Source: Octopus vulgaris
Lineage: Eukaryota
Direction: 5' to 3'
Assembly: GCA_951406725.2 (NCBI GenBank)
Contig: OX597823.1
Location: 23,188,001-23,252,000, forward strand
Length of the DNA: 64,000 nucleotides
Shown here: piece by piece, positions 47,453 to 60,372 of the stretch
Position numbering within the stretch: position 1 is the first letter of the stretch
How the letters are laid out: each line of letters opens with the position of its first letter
Program-made: the position numbers and the translations under genes
The notes under the pieces: model-generated
Told to the model about the DNA's origin: nothing
The model's input: only the letters and a program-made list of their open reading frames with translations
The model's database searches: none

Positions 47453-48302
47453 ATGTGCTATATCTTCACTTCTTTTTTTTTCTTCTTTTTCTTTGTTTTT
47501 TGAGATTTGCCAACACTACACCTGATTTTCTCCCCTCCATACACACACAATTATGTATCTGACTGATACACTGTTCGCTTTCCAGACATTTGTACATTAC
47601 TGCATATACTTTATATGCGCTTTTGACAAGTTGTGGTGCACCTGAGCACTGTATACAATAATTTCATTATTATTATTATTATTATATTATTTGAGATATA
47701 CAGATTTTTAAAATCATTTATGTGACATGTATTTAAATACCAAAGCAATTGCAGGTATATTAACCCTTTAGTATTTAAACCAGCCATATCCGGCTAAAAT
47801 ATTCAGCCTTGTTTTATCTTCAAACTGGCTAGATCTGGTCTCTCACACTTCCCCTACAATGTTATTCTAAAAATAAACAATCATTGAAATATCAAAGCTA
47901 CACGGTAATGCATGACCAAAGCAAATGAATGTGAATAAATAAGCTTTACATCTGATAGAGAAATCTGAATGCTAAAAGGTTAAATAAGATACAAGATAAA
48001 TTTTAAATTTTATTGAAATTATTTTCTCACACACACACCATATACGCATGCATGTATGCATGCATGCATACACACACACACAAATAGAAAGAGAGAAGGT
48101 ATGGATGAATGTTATATAATTATGATATATAAATATGGATTTGGGTGATAATAAATATTATGGTATGTTTATATAGAAGTATTTGGACAAATGGATAGAT
48201 GGTGTTAGAATATGGACAAATGTATGAAATGGTGTATAATGTATTGGTATGTGAATATTTTCACTCTTTTTGTTGCTCTTTCTCTTTTGTCTTTATTATT
48301 AG

Positions 48303-48376
48303 GAGAATTCCCAGAATATCCTGAATATGAAATAATACCTGGCGAGAAGACAGAAACTGATGATAAAAAGAAGTGA
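48303..48376 (+). CDS. NDUFAF2: NDUFAF2 exon 6 (terminal)
   Basis: Polypyrimidine tract plus TTAG|REFPEYPEYEIIPGEKTETDDKKK*; FPxYxxxExxPG resembles invertebrate NDUFAF2 C-termini; AATAAA follows. Total CDS 465 nt (154 aa). Confidence 0.88.
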
Positions 48377-50207
48377 TAAAATAAATATTGTTTCTGATTA
48401 ATTTATTCCTTTTCCAATGTTATATTTTGATTTCATTCCTTAGATTCATAATAAAGATTTTTGTATTGAACTGAATGAATCTCTCTCGTTAAATTTATTG
48501 CTCTCTGCTCTAGTTTGACCGTAGATCTATGACTGAAACTAGTAAATGAGTATAAAATCATTAGTGATGATGATACCTCCTTTGCCCTACTGTCCTCCTC
48601 CTCTCGGCCCTCTCCTCCTTCTAGCAGCAACAGCAGCAATCATCCCCTCTATTCTACTCCTATGTTAACTCACTACTTTCACCTCTCTCTCTCTTCCATC
48701 ACTGCTGTGGTGATTTGCCCAGAAGGACAAGTGTTTTTCGTAGATTTTAAGTTCTGTTGGATCATTGATCCATTGGACTTATTTCTCTTCTCTTTAGTGT
48801 TAAGCAGGTATGAAATGGAATCTTCTTCTGGGTGGGATGCTGGTCTCTTGCAGGTGCCTTTACCTTGCTAATAGAATTGAATTTTTCACCTATCTTAGAC
48901 TCGTTCAATGACCAGTTTTTTCTAGATCCTAAATGACTGAGAAATTTGAAAGAATGATCTTTGATAGGAGTCACAACTGACAATAATAACAAGGAGATCA
49001 GAATTGTCACCAAACATGCCAAAAGTCAGATTATTCCCTACTGCAAGTTCTCAGTCAAGTTTTAAATAATTTGGATCTCTGAGTTGCCCCTCTTGATTTC
49101 CATGATTCAAATTAATCATCGAAAGTAATTATTTTTTTCCTCCTCTTCACTATGGATGTAATTTTAATTCTCTTTACTCTTTTACTTGTTTCAGTCATTT
49201 GACTGCGGCCATGCTGGAGCACCGACTTTAATCGAGCAACTCGACCCCGGGACTTATTCTTTTGTAAGCACAGTACTTATTCTATCGGTCTCTTTTGCCG
49301 AACTGCTAAGTTACGGGGGACGTAAACACACCAGCATTGGTTGTCAAGCAATGCTAGGGGGACAAACACAGACACACAAACACACACATGCATATATATA
49401 TATATATAATATATACGACGGGCTTCTTTCAGTTTCCGTCTACCAAATCCACTCACAAGGCTTTGGTCAGCCCGAGGCTATAGTAGAAGACACTTGTCCA
49501 AGGTGCCATGCAGTGGGACTGAACCCGGAACCATGTGGTTGGTAAACAAGCTACTTACCACACAGCCAATCCTGCGCCTAAATTAGAAATTAATTTAGAC
49601 TCATTATGTTAAATATGTTAGCTCCAATGTAACTACATATCTTTCAAGCAGCATACTTTTCTGGATAATTTTACTCCATCATTCATTTATCTGCTTACAG
49701 ACTATGAGTTTAATTCCAGTGTCAGTGTTTGTAGTTTCTGAGTAAAGCACTATATTCTACATTGTCTCATTTCACGTTGTGTCAGTATTAAGTACTGCAG
49801 ATGATTTAGAAATTTTACCTGTGATTAACTGACATCCTATCCATGGGAAATATATCTCTCAACTCCTAACAAATTGGGGAGGAATATCTGCCATTAAAAC
49901 CCTCTTTTGATTTTAATATTGAGCTGTAGACTAACAAAAAAATGATAAGCTATAGATATGCTGTGATGTAGAAGCACCAATGGAGCTTTTATTTTCATAC
50001 AGTGTAGCTTGAGCAAGACAGCTTTATGGAAACTATCCTTCTCTGACCAACACTCATATAAAACTAGCAAAACCCTTATCAAGGGTTCTTTTACTTTCTG
50101 AGTTCAAATTCTGCCAGGCTCAATAAAACAGTAGCTGAATACTGAAGTTAGTTTCATTGACTGTACTCTCATTACCAAATTTTGTCACCATGTCCCAATT
50201 CTTGAAA

Positions 50208-50605
50208 TCTTTATATATAAAAGTAAGGTTGTGTGTCTGTCTCCTACGATTTAGATTCCTAACTACTCCCACATTTTGCGGTGCAGTTTAACCAAAGCCG
50301 GGTATCATAGTCGTGATTCATATCGAGCCCTTTTGGGTATTAGCGTGCGTCTACGATGAGTCTACGATTTAAAAAAAAATTTACCATCATTCTTTTCCAT
50401 TTTAATGCATTTTTTCCGCTATTATATAAGGGAAGTAACTCTCTAAAAATGTCTACGATGAGTCAACAATTAAAAAAAAAAATTTACCATAATTTTTTTC
50501 CCATTTTTAATGCATTTTTTTGCTATTTTTTGGCTATAACTCTCTAAAAATGCTTATATAGTTATTTCCCTTACAAACCCGAGCAACGCCGGGCGATACT
50601 GCTAG
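50208..50605 (+). mobile_element. Non-autonomous Helitron
   Basis: A|TC start (TCTTTATATATAAAAG), sub-terminal hairpin CCCGAGCAACGCCGGG, CTAG|T end, no TSD. Confidence 0.85.
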
Positions 50606-51220
50606 TCAATTATATAATTGGAAACCAATAATGGAAACCAATAATAGAATGTAGGAGTGAGATGACACTCCAGAAGGAGCAGTCCAGAAGTTACAAATTG
50701 GGAGGTCACATGATGTTGTGGACTATATGGTTCTTTTGTGTTTTGCTAGCCATGCTTGCTCTCTCTTCATCACTTAGGATTTGTAGTTCTGTCATCCTGA
50801 ATTGCTCAGAGATGAGGTTGATGTTGATGATGTTTTGAATTTGTTTTATGAACTTAGCCATCCTTACAAAGTCTGATTGCTGAGGAGGTTTCTTTCTCTT
50901 GACCCCAAACAATACATCCCTATAATACTATGATCAAAGGCATTCTAACACACATACTACTTTTTTATTTTCAGATCTTATTTAATTTAAAATGTTTGTT
51001 TGCAATATTTCTGTGGATTTCAATCGCAAAATATATAGACAAGGAATTTAGCTGCTGTTTCTAGCATATTGGCAACAGCTGTGCATATACATACACAAAT
51101 CTATTGATAATTCGTTGTTTAGTTCCTAAATCAGCTCTTATCCAGCAGACTTATAACCAAATGCATTCTATCCATGGCCTTCCAATTTTTTGACTTTATA
51201 TTTTTCAGGTACTACATTAG

Positions 51221-51610
51221 CAGTGTTTCCCAACCTGTGGTCCACAAAGGAATTACTGGGGTCCACAAACTAAATTCAAAATTTCATATATATATATATA
51301 AAGGATAATCATATTAACCCTTTAGCATTCAGATTTCTTAGTGAAATTTATTGCTTATTTATTCATACTGTTTTTGAATTAATCACATATTATTTTGCAG
51401 CTTCAAAATTTAAATGGTGTAGCTATATATTTTTAAAATGACATTGTAGGGTAGGTGTGAGAGGTTGGATCCAGACAGTTTTAACATAAAACAGATGGAT
51501 TATTTGGGCCGGATATGGCCGGATTAAATGCTAAAGGGTTAAAAGGGGTCCGTGGGAAAACTCACTTAAATAAAAGGGGTCCTTGGTAGTGAAAAGGTTG
51601 GAAACCACTG
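51221..51610. mobile_element. hAT (Charlie/Buster-like) MITE with nested piggyBac MITE
   Basis: CAGTGTTTCCCAACCT...AGGTTGGAAACCACTG, with a TTAA-flanked insert at 51314-51542. Confidence 0.7.
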
Positions 51611-54600
51611 ATCTAATGTGTCTTTAAAAAAAACATGGTTGAGTGTAACAAAAAGGAGATTTAGTCTGAAAACAGACAAAATGAAATGTTCACGTTTGGA
51701 TCTCTCAACAGAGGCTTGATCAGTTCGGTTGGAACATCTTTTGAAAGACGTATTCGCGTGCTCATATTCCTGTGTGTAAGCACAAACAAAAACCAATGCA
51801 TGCAAAAAAAAAAATACGACCAATTCTTTTTCCAAATTTGAACATTTTCTGTTTTGGAGCACAAAATCCATGGGAAACTTCAATATTGATAGCTGTTCAC
51901 GTGTAATACATATCACACACACACACATATATATATATATTGATCGGCTTAATCGGGATTAACAAGATGGGATTTAACTAGATTTCAAATAATTTCTTTC
52001 CATAAAATTGACACGAAAATTAGGGTCGTAATCTCTGCCTTATCCCCCTTTACAGCTGCACTCTCTAGCAAATGGTGAGCTCATGCTCTGGCGTAAGGAT
52101 TTTACTGGAACCACTTACACTTATATTACAAAGTTAACTTTGAGCTGCTATAGAAAGTTCACTCTGAGGTGAGGCTTGTAATTACATTAAATTAACGACT
52201 GATTACTTTCTATTTTCAAACTGTTTCAATCTTCATTTATACCTGCTCTATTGTTACGTTTCATTTTCTTACACGCACACACGTCGTTCCGACTGGTTCC
52301 CCTCCCACTCCTGTCAGTTGTCAGTTTCGAAGCAAAATTAACGTGGTTTTGAGAAGACTCTAACCGCAATTAGCAAACCGATTCATTTCGGTTGTTATGT
52401 TTAAACTTTGAAGCAAATAAAATGTTATTATTAGTCGTCGTTGTAGAAATAGTAAATCGTTTGACTGAATGTTTTAAGCAACGGTCCTCTGAATTCGAAG
52501 TCTTCCTTTCGCCCGTTTGACGTGGATGAAATTAACCACCAACATACCTGAAGTCCATTCAGTCGTTTAGGACCCTGAACTACATCAGTTGACTTAATGC
52601 TTAACTATAAAACCATTCACATATATATATATATACATACATACATACAATCACACACACATACACACACACACACACACATATATATTTATATATATAT
52701 AAAATTCGGTATATAAAATCTGTACACTACTTCAAACAATCTATACATTTGTATATATACAATTTCCTTTTAGAACTATTCCACTTTATAAACACTGTCA
52801 AAGTGTTTATGAAACTCTGAGATATCACGTTTTCCCGTTTAATGCTTAAATTATCACTTCTTGAGAAGACACTGATATAGCAGAAATTGTAGTTGTCTGA
52901 CAGAATGCCTTGCGGTATTTAGTTGCAACTCTCTATGTGATAAGTTCGAATCCCATTGAAATTGACTTTGTCTTTCATCTTCCGGTATCGATAAAATTAA
53001 GTATTAGTTATTGTTCTTTAGCCTTAGTCCACTCCAGTCGAGCAGATCTATGGTGAAAAGTGGTCTAGCCATGACAGTCCGCTGTCTTACTTATTTAGGA
53101 CTACCTTGTCATATGTGTTCTTCAATTTTCAGGACGGTAGGATGTAATTTGACTGCTATTTCTAACACCTCGAGTGACCATTTGAGGCTTTTTTCGTAAA
53201 CATGAAGTCAATCTAATAAACTATATCCACCCATCAAACGGCACTGCGCTCATACTAAAAAGCAATTTTATGTTGTCGTAGAAATGGCAGTGCATTAGCA
53301 GAATGGTAAGAGCTTTCGGACAAAATTCCTTTCTAATCTGAGGTCAATTCATCATTTATCCTCTGAGGTCGATAAAATAAGGTACTGGGGTTGATTTAAT
53401 CGACTACGTACACCTCAATTAATTTCAGGACTTGTGCCTATATTAGTCTCTATTCGTAAAAACATTGTTGGCTTTTTGCCTAAATTAAAACGTCTATTAT
53501 TTTTAATAGTAGTTTTGATAAATTATCCACTTCTTTATTTTAATACATGTTATATCAATCACATGCTCTGTTACACGACAGAGACGGCATGTTGGTTTCA
53601 GTTCCTACCCTAAATTTGGTAGTTCTCCCAATTTTCGGTTAATCGCCTATTTTTATCTCTCTGCCACTGCCCCCCCCTCTCTCTCTCTCTATATATATAT
53701 TTATATATATATATATATATATGTATGTACACACACACACACAATACGTGTGTACGCTCAAATATATATGATTTTTTTTTGTTTCGCTTTGGTCAATTAT
53801 ATTTGGCCCTAGTACTTATTTCAGATTGGCATTTATTCTATGTATTTCTACTTCATGAACAAATAAATTGTTGTAAAAAGACATGACATACATTCACCAC
53901 ACATATACCAATACGATGAGTTTCTGCCTAGTTTCTGTATACCAAATTCTCCTCAACACTATCTTGATTAACCCAAAGCTAAAGTTATGTCTCAATGAAA
54001 TCGAACACAGAACCACATGGGTGTGAAGTAAGCTTGTTAACCACTCAACCATGGTCTATGAAAAATATATGAATGTAATATTGTCCAGACTAAATGCTTG
54101 GCAGCTTTAATTCTACTGAGGTCAACTTTGCCTTTCATCCTTTTGGGGTTGATGAAATAAGTTGTACCAGTTGTGCATTGACTATCCCACCTTCCCAAAA
54201 TTTCAGGCCTTGTGCCTATTGCAGAAAGGATTATATTTGGTTGTTGGTATGGCCAAGTGGTTAAGAAGTTCACGTTGCAGTTGTGAGAAAGGTATAACAT
54301 TGTCATAAACTGTGCTACCCCGGTTCTGTAGTAAGAGCACATATGTCTAGAATGCTTAGCCACTTGTTAAATCAGGAGCTGGTTATTCTGTTGGTTAAGT
54401 GACTGAATTCTCGTTGTTAAAGTATGGAAGCCCATCCCAGGAAGCTGTTGGACGAAGTGGTGAGAAAAGATCTTACAGAGGTTGAAACTCACAGAGGGGA
54501 TGACGGGGGACCAAGACTCCTGGCAGTTTCCTTTGCTTGAAAATACACATCAAGTTAAGTAAAGGTGTGATTAGGTTCATCCCTTGCAACCCTCTCTAGC

Positions 54601-55093
54601 TGAGCATCCTTAATCTTGCAGGCTTGTAGGTGCTGGTGCAACATAAAAAAGTACCCATGCCGGTGATATGTAAAAGCACTCAGTACACTCTCTAAAGTGG
54701 TTGGCATTAGGAAAGGTATCCAGCCGTAGAAACCTTGTCAAAACAGACGGGCCCTGAACAGCTCTTCAGCTGGTCAGCTCCTGTGAAACCGTCCAACTCA
54801 TACCAGCATGGAAAATGGACGTCAAATGATGATGACGATGATATGTATATTGATATATATATACGGAGTGGTTGGCGTTAGGAAGGGCATCCAGCTGTAG
54901 AAACACTGCCAGATCTGACTGGAGCCTGGTGCAGCCCCGTGGCTTCCCAGACCCCGGTCGAACAGTCCAACCCATGCTAGCATGGAAAGTGGACGTTAAA
55001 CAATGATGATGATGATGATATATATATATTTTGGAGATGTACTTGCATAGCAAGTGACCTAATCTGAGATCGTGTGCTGAAACAAAAGCAATT

Positions 55094-55285
55094 GCAGCAT
55101 GGAAGGTGTTTATAAGCCATTTAAAAACACAAAAATCGTTAGATTCACTTCAAGTATGGAATTTTATCAGTGAACAGGTCATGGTCTCAAAGCAACAAAA
55201 ATATTTTGGCAAATTAAATATAAATGTCGAAGTAAATCTAACAGTTTTTGTTTTTTAAATGGCTTATAAACACCTTCCACACTGC
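55094..55285. repeat. Inverted-repeat MITE-like hairpin upstream of the SMIM15 coding exon
   Basis: TGGAAGGTGTTTATAAGCCATTTAAAAA..TTAGATT versus AATCTAA..TTTTTAAATGGCTTATAAACACCTTCCA. Confidence 0.75.
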
Positions 55286-55773
55286 GACATACATATATAT
55301 ATATATTGTATGTATGTACATACACAGATCTAATTATATATTATCGGATGGATAACATTTGTAATATAAATTATATAAGACATATATTTATTGTCATCAT
55401 TATCATCATACTTGTGTCTTTCTGTGGTGGCATGTGTTGGACAGATCTGCTCCAACTGGGCATCTTGTCACATGTTGCAGTCACTTATCATCCCCCTGGT
55501 CAGTTTTAGCATTCTAAGATCATCTTTCATTACCCCTTCCCATGTCATCCTCAATCTTTGTCTTCTACGGACATCTACTTGAATTATTTTGGCCCCTTTT
55601 CACCCAACTGTCATGTTTCACATGTATATACCTGTGCAGCCTTCTCTCTTGCACAACACAACTGATTCCTCTAAATATAGAAATATATTTGTCTCTTTCA
55701 GGTGTCTTAGAGTTTGTTGAACTTTTTTCTGAAGAATAACTGCAAGGAAACAGAAAGAAAGAAATTAACCAAA

Positions 55774-56007
55774 ATGTTTGAAGACTGGGATTGGAATGAG
55801 ATGGTAGGGAGATTGATCAGGTGGGCTGCAACAAGCCCATGGGAATTCATCTACTACGTGCTCTTGTGTTTGTCTCCGTTTTTCTTTGTCAGTGCCATCT
55901 TGGCATGGCAGCTTGCCAAACAAATAGAACACAAGGAAAAGAGAAAGAAGAAGACAAATAAAAAAGAGTCTAATGTTGCAAAGACTCGACGACAAAAAGC
56001 TGACTGA
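55774..56007 (+). CDS. SMIM15: Small integral membrane protein 15 (UPF0542), 77 aa
   Basis: MFEDWDWNEMVGRLIRWAATSPWEFIYYVLLCLSPFFFVSAILAWQLAKQIEHKEKRKKKTNKKESNVAKTRRQKAD matches the family pattern WAAxxPxxF...L(S/T)PxFxxSAxLxWxLAKxIE plus a basic coiled coil. The acceptor CTCTTTCAG at 55701 implies upstream 5'UTR exon(s). Confidence 0.93.
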   Translation: MFEDWDWNEMVGRLIRWAATSPWEFIYYVLLCLSPFFFVSAILAWQLAKQIEHKEKRKKKTNKKESNVAKTRRQKAD

Positions 56008-56636
56008 ACCTCCCAAAGCACCACCCACACTCCCACACGCCTACAAATATAAGTTTTTGTAAATTACATATATATATATATATGTTTATACACATACATT
56101 AAATGCTTAATAATTATTTAAATATATATATGATATATGTGTGTATATACAGATACATATGTAAGTTATAATGTTTAATATTATACATGCATGTATATAT
56201 ATATATATATGAATAAAAGTTTTGTGAAATAGGGAGGTATCTTTTATTTATAAACAGATTTGGAAAGTTTGGATTTTCCTAAGGAAAGGAGATAGAATAT
56301 TGCTCAACTCCTTTTATTTTGTTCTTTATGTTGTTGTCTAGTGTCGGAAAATTCAGACTTTTTATATGTGTATATAAATAAATGAAGAAGAGATATCTCC
56401 ATTACATCTAATTTTTCTATCAATTTTTTGAAACATTGTAGTGCACCTGAGCACTATATACAATAAGATCATGATATACAAATACACACATGCAAGCAAG
56501 CACACACACACACACATAATAGATGGATTATCCTTCTGTTACATTACAGCTAAAAGATTCACCATTTGCAGATCATCTGATAATGAACCAAATCCATTTT
56601 TTCTATGTTCAATGCTCAAATGTGTATGTTTGTGTT

Positions 56637-56671
<35 letters not shown>

Positions 56672-57257
56672 CTTGTGCTTGGTACATGTCAAGGCTCTGT
56701 CCAGGAGTTACAAATCTCAAATCAAGAATGCTGATCTATCAGGAGACAATTGGAATAATGGTGAGACTGGGCATCAGTATGGTCGAGCCTTTGCAGAAGC
56801 TTAAAAACCAATAATTTGTCTCAGTCTATTCAGAAACTCAACAGCAATAGCACAAAATACACAGCAAACAAACAACTAGAAATCAAGAAATTTTTTGTTG
56901 TATGTGTCCTCGTTACCATTTTCAGCACCGTGCATGCATGTGTCTAAATATGTATGTGCAATATGTATATATGTAATGTATGTATGCATAATATTTATGT
57001 TTACATGTCATATATATTATTGATGCATGCTAATATATTGGTTTTAACAAATGGGAAAAGAAAAATTCTCAGTACTTGAGTAGAATGTAACAGTATATTA
57101 CTTAGGATGATCCAATGGCCTGTTTCTCTAGAATTACCTTAACTGTAGCCAGTTCCTCTGATAGTTGTAGAATGATTCAGTCTTTTATCTGTTGAAGAAA
57201 CTGGCTACATATTGGATATACTCCAGGGCAATGAGTAACTGGATCAGTGTAAATAAG

Positions 57258-57299
<42 letters not shown>

Positions 57300-57699
57300 T
57301 GTGGTTAAGTTAAATTTAAGCCTTCTCTATATGTACAAACTTATGTAAAGAACTACTGAAATCTTGTTTATGTCTCAATTATATCTGAAACAAATTTCAT
57401 GGATGCATCTCTTTTATATGATATATTAAATGTTTTTTTTTTATTGTGAGAGTGATGGGGGAGGGGGCCTTTGTTAACTCCCCCACCTTAGCTTACCTTT
57501 CCTCATATTGAAAGTCAACTTCTGCAAAGCTGTCCAATGAGTTTTGAAGATACGGCGTTTCTTTCCTTGATCTTTTGGATTTTATTTTTAATACTGACCT
57601 ACTGGCCAAGCAAACTAGATTAATTTATTGATTGGTTAAAACTGTTTCACCTGTGACTTATGTTTTTTTCATCATCATCCCCATCATTTTAACTTAAGG

Positions 57700-59260
57700 T
57701 TGGTGAAGTATGCACCAGTCAAGTACTGGGTTATTTAATTTGCCACCTTGTGCCTACATTAGAAAAAATTATTGTTGTTATTATTATTATTATTACTACT
57801 AAGGTGGCGAGGTGGCAGAGTTGTTAGCATGCTGGGTGAAATGCTTATCAGTATTTCGTCTCCTGCAACATTCTGAGTTCAAATTCTGCCAAGGTCGACT
57901 TTGCCTTTCATCCTTTCAGGGTTGATAAAGTAAGGACCAGTGGAGTATTGGGATCAATGTAATCTATTAGTCTCCTCCCCCAAAATTTCAGGCCTCATGC
58001 CTTTAGTAGAAACAATTATTATTATTATTATTATTATTAAGGTGGTAAGCTGGTAGAATCATTTGTGTATTGGATAAAATGTTAAGTGGCATTTCTTCCA
58101 GTTTTTATGTTCAGGGTTCATCCTTTCAGGGTTAATAAAATAAGTACCTGTTGAACAATGTGGTTGATGTCATCAATTAAACCCCTCCCCAAAAATTGCT
58201 GGTCTTGTGCCATAATTTGAAATTACTACTACTACAGCGGTGAGCTGGCAGAACATGCCGCGCAAAATGCTTAGCGGTGTTTTGTCTGCCATTACGTTCT
58301 GAGTTCAAATTCTGCCGAGGTCGACTTTGCCTTTCATCCTTTCGGGTTCAATAAATTAAGTACCAGTTACGCACTGGGGTCGATGTAATTGACTTAATCC
58401 ATTTGTCTGTCCTTGTTTGTCCTCTCTGTGTTTAGCCCCTTGTGGGTAGTAAAGAAATAGGTATTTTGTCTGCTGCTATGTTCTGAATTTAAATTGTGCC
58501 ATGGTCAACTTTGCCTTTCATCCTTTTGGGGTCGATTAAATAAGTACCAGTTATGCACTGGGGCCAATGTAATCAACTTAATCCCCTCCCCCAAGCTGCC
58601 CTTGTAGCAAAAATTTGAACTCATTATTTGTGGGTTTCAAAATCAGTAGAGAACCAAACAAAATATATTATGGTAATTTTGTTGCATTTCTTTACATTCT
58701 GAAATTATGTCCCACTAGTGTCAACATTGTCACTCTTGTAAACTCTATGGAACAAAGTACTTGTCAAGTATTGGGGTTGACTCTTGCTGCAAAATTTGTG
58801 GCCCCTAAACTAGAAATTAGTTTCTTCTTCTTATTATTATTAAGGTGGCAGATTGACAGAATCATTATAGTATTGAAAAGTATGCTTTGTGATATGTGTT
58901 CAGGGTCTTTACATTCTGGGTGCAAATACTGCTAAGGTCAGTGGTATTTGAACTCAGAGTCAATAAAATAAAGTACCAGTCTAGTAGAGGGTCTAGTGGC
59001 AGCCATTGAAGTCATCTAAACACTCACAAAAATTTCTTGCCTTTTGCCTGTATTCAAATAATTATTATTATTACTGTTGTTGTTATAATAGTAAGGGTGG
59101 TGGGTGGTAGAATCTGTAGAGCAACAATTAAATATTTTGCAGTATTTAGTTGCATACCTTTACGTTCTTAGTTCAAATTCCACCAGAAGACTACAAAGCT
59201 TTTCATTCTTCCAGATTTTTAATATATAATACCAGTCAAGTATTGGAGTCAGTAATATGA
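57700..59260 (+). mobile_element. Tandem cluster of Meta-like tRNA SINEs separated by (ATT)n/(ACT)n
   Basis: Repeated GGTGGCGAG/GAGCTGGCAGA heads and GCCTTTCATCCTTTC cores at about 57802, 58040, 58237, 58460, 58843 and 59095. Confidence 0.8.
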
Positions 59261-59708
59261 TCATGTCTTCTCTCAAAATTAATGCGATCCTTCTCTGCTA
59301 AAAATCACAAAAAGTAGAGAATAGAATAACTGAAGTTGTTAGAACTATGTTATTATTTATTTTAACAGAAGGCAAGTTATGATAAATAATAATAGCATTA
59401 AGGCAAATAAATGGTTTGATTTTATTAACAGTTCTAAAGTAGAATAACTTAGTTTGCTATGAGAATGAAAAAAAGTCTAATGTTTCAGGCTTAACTCTTC
59501 ATTGGTGGAAGAGAGAGAAATATGTTATCACTGTTAGAGAAATTGCTTTGTTGAAGGATTATTCCTGAAAGGATAGACTTTCTCTATTCTTCACAATAAA
59601 TCATTTGTTCTGCTTTTAAGCTATTTATACTTACTAACTGCTCACACAAACCATCTCTAGTTTTCTCAGATCTTACTGTTTATTTGAATATGTTTTGAAT
59701 CTGTCCAT

Positions 59709-60150
59709 TTAACCCTTTTGATAACAACTTGTCTGAAACCAGCCTTGGCTCGAGGATATAAACCTCCTGTTTTGAAGTGATTTAACCCTTTTGTTACTGT
59801 ATTTATTTTGAGATGCTCTGTGTTTCTTTCAATTACTTTAAATATAACAAAGAATTTAGTAAAATAACATTCAGCTAGTGTTAGGAACATAAATTGTGAC
59901 TAAGGTTTGGTGGAAAATGTTAATTCAGAACTTATGCAAACAAGACATTTGTACTCAGAGCCAGAGCCGGTTTCAACCGGGTTGGTAACGAAAGGGTTAA
60001 ATTAAAACCTTCCTTCAAAATTTCATGTTAATTTGTTGCAAACACCAGCTTAATAATTACAAAAATATTTTATTATATTCTACTTTATTTTCAAAATTAA
60101 TTGAAACAGAAATACTGTATTTCAATACAAATTCTGCAATGAAAGGGTTA
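59709..60150. mobile_element. piggyBac-type MITE with a younger piggyBac MITE (59782-60000) inserted at an internal TTAA
   Basis: Outer TTAACCCTTTTG...GAAAGGGTTA; the inner copy is the reverse complement of 964-1192. Confidence 0.8.
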
Positions 60151-60372
60151 TAGCAGTGTTTCTTAATCTTTATTTTGTAACAGCCCCATTTCAGTATCTC
60201 AGAAGGTTTGCTTTCATTCCATTATATTAAGATAAAAAAAAAAAAAACTGATGAGTTATTGATTAAGATTAGAGAAAGAGCTAGAAATGTATTAAAAATC
60301 TTAATTACTAAATATACTTGTCTGATAGACAATGGGAATCTTAGATTGAGAAACTTTTACTATCATTAATAA

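Noticed and set aside
55714-55773. N-terminal extension of SMIM15 in the ORF track
   Set aside because: It starts at a TTG; family homology begins at the ATG at 55774.
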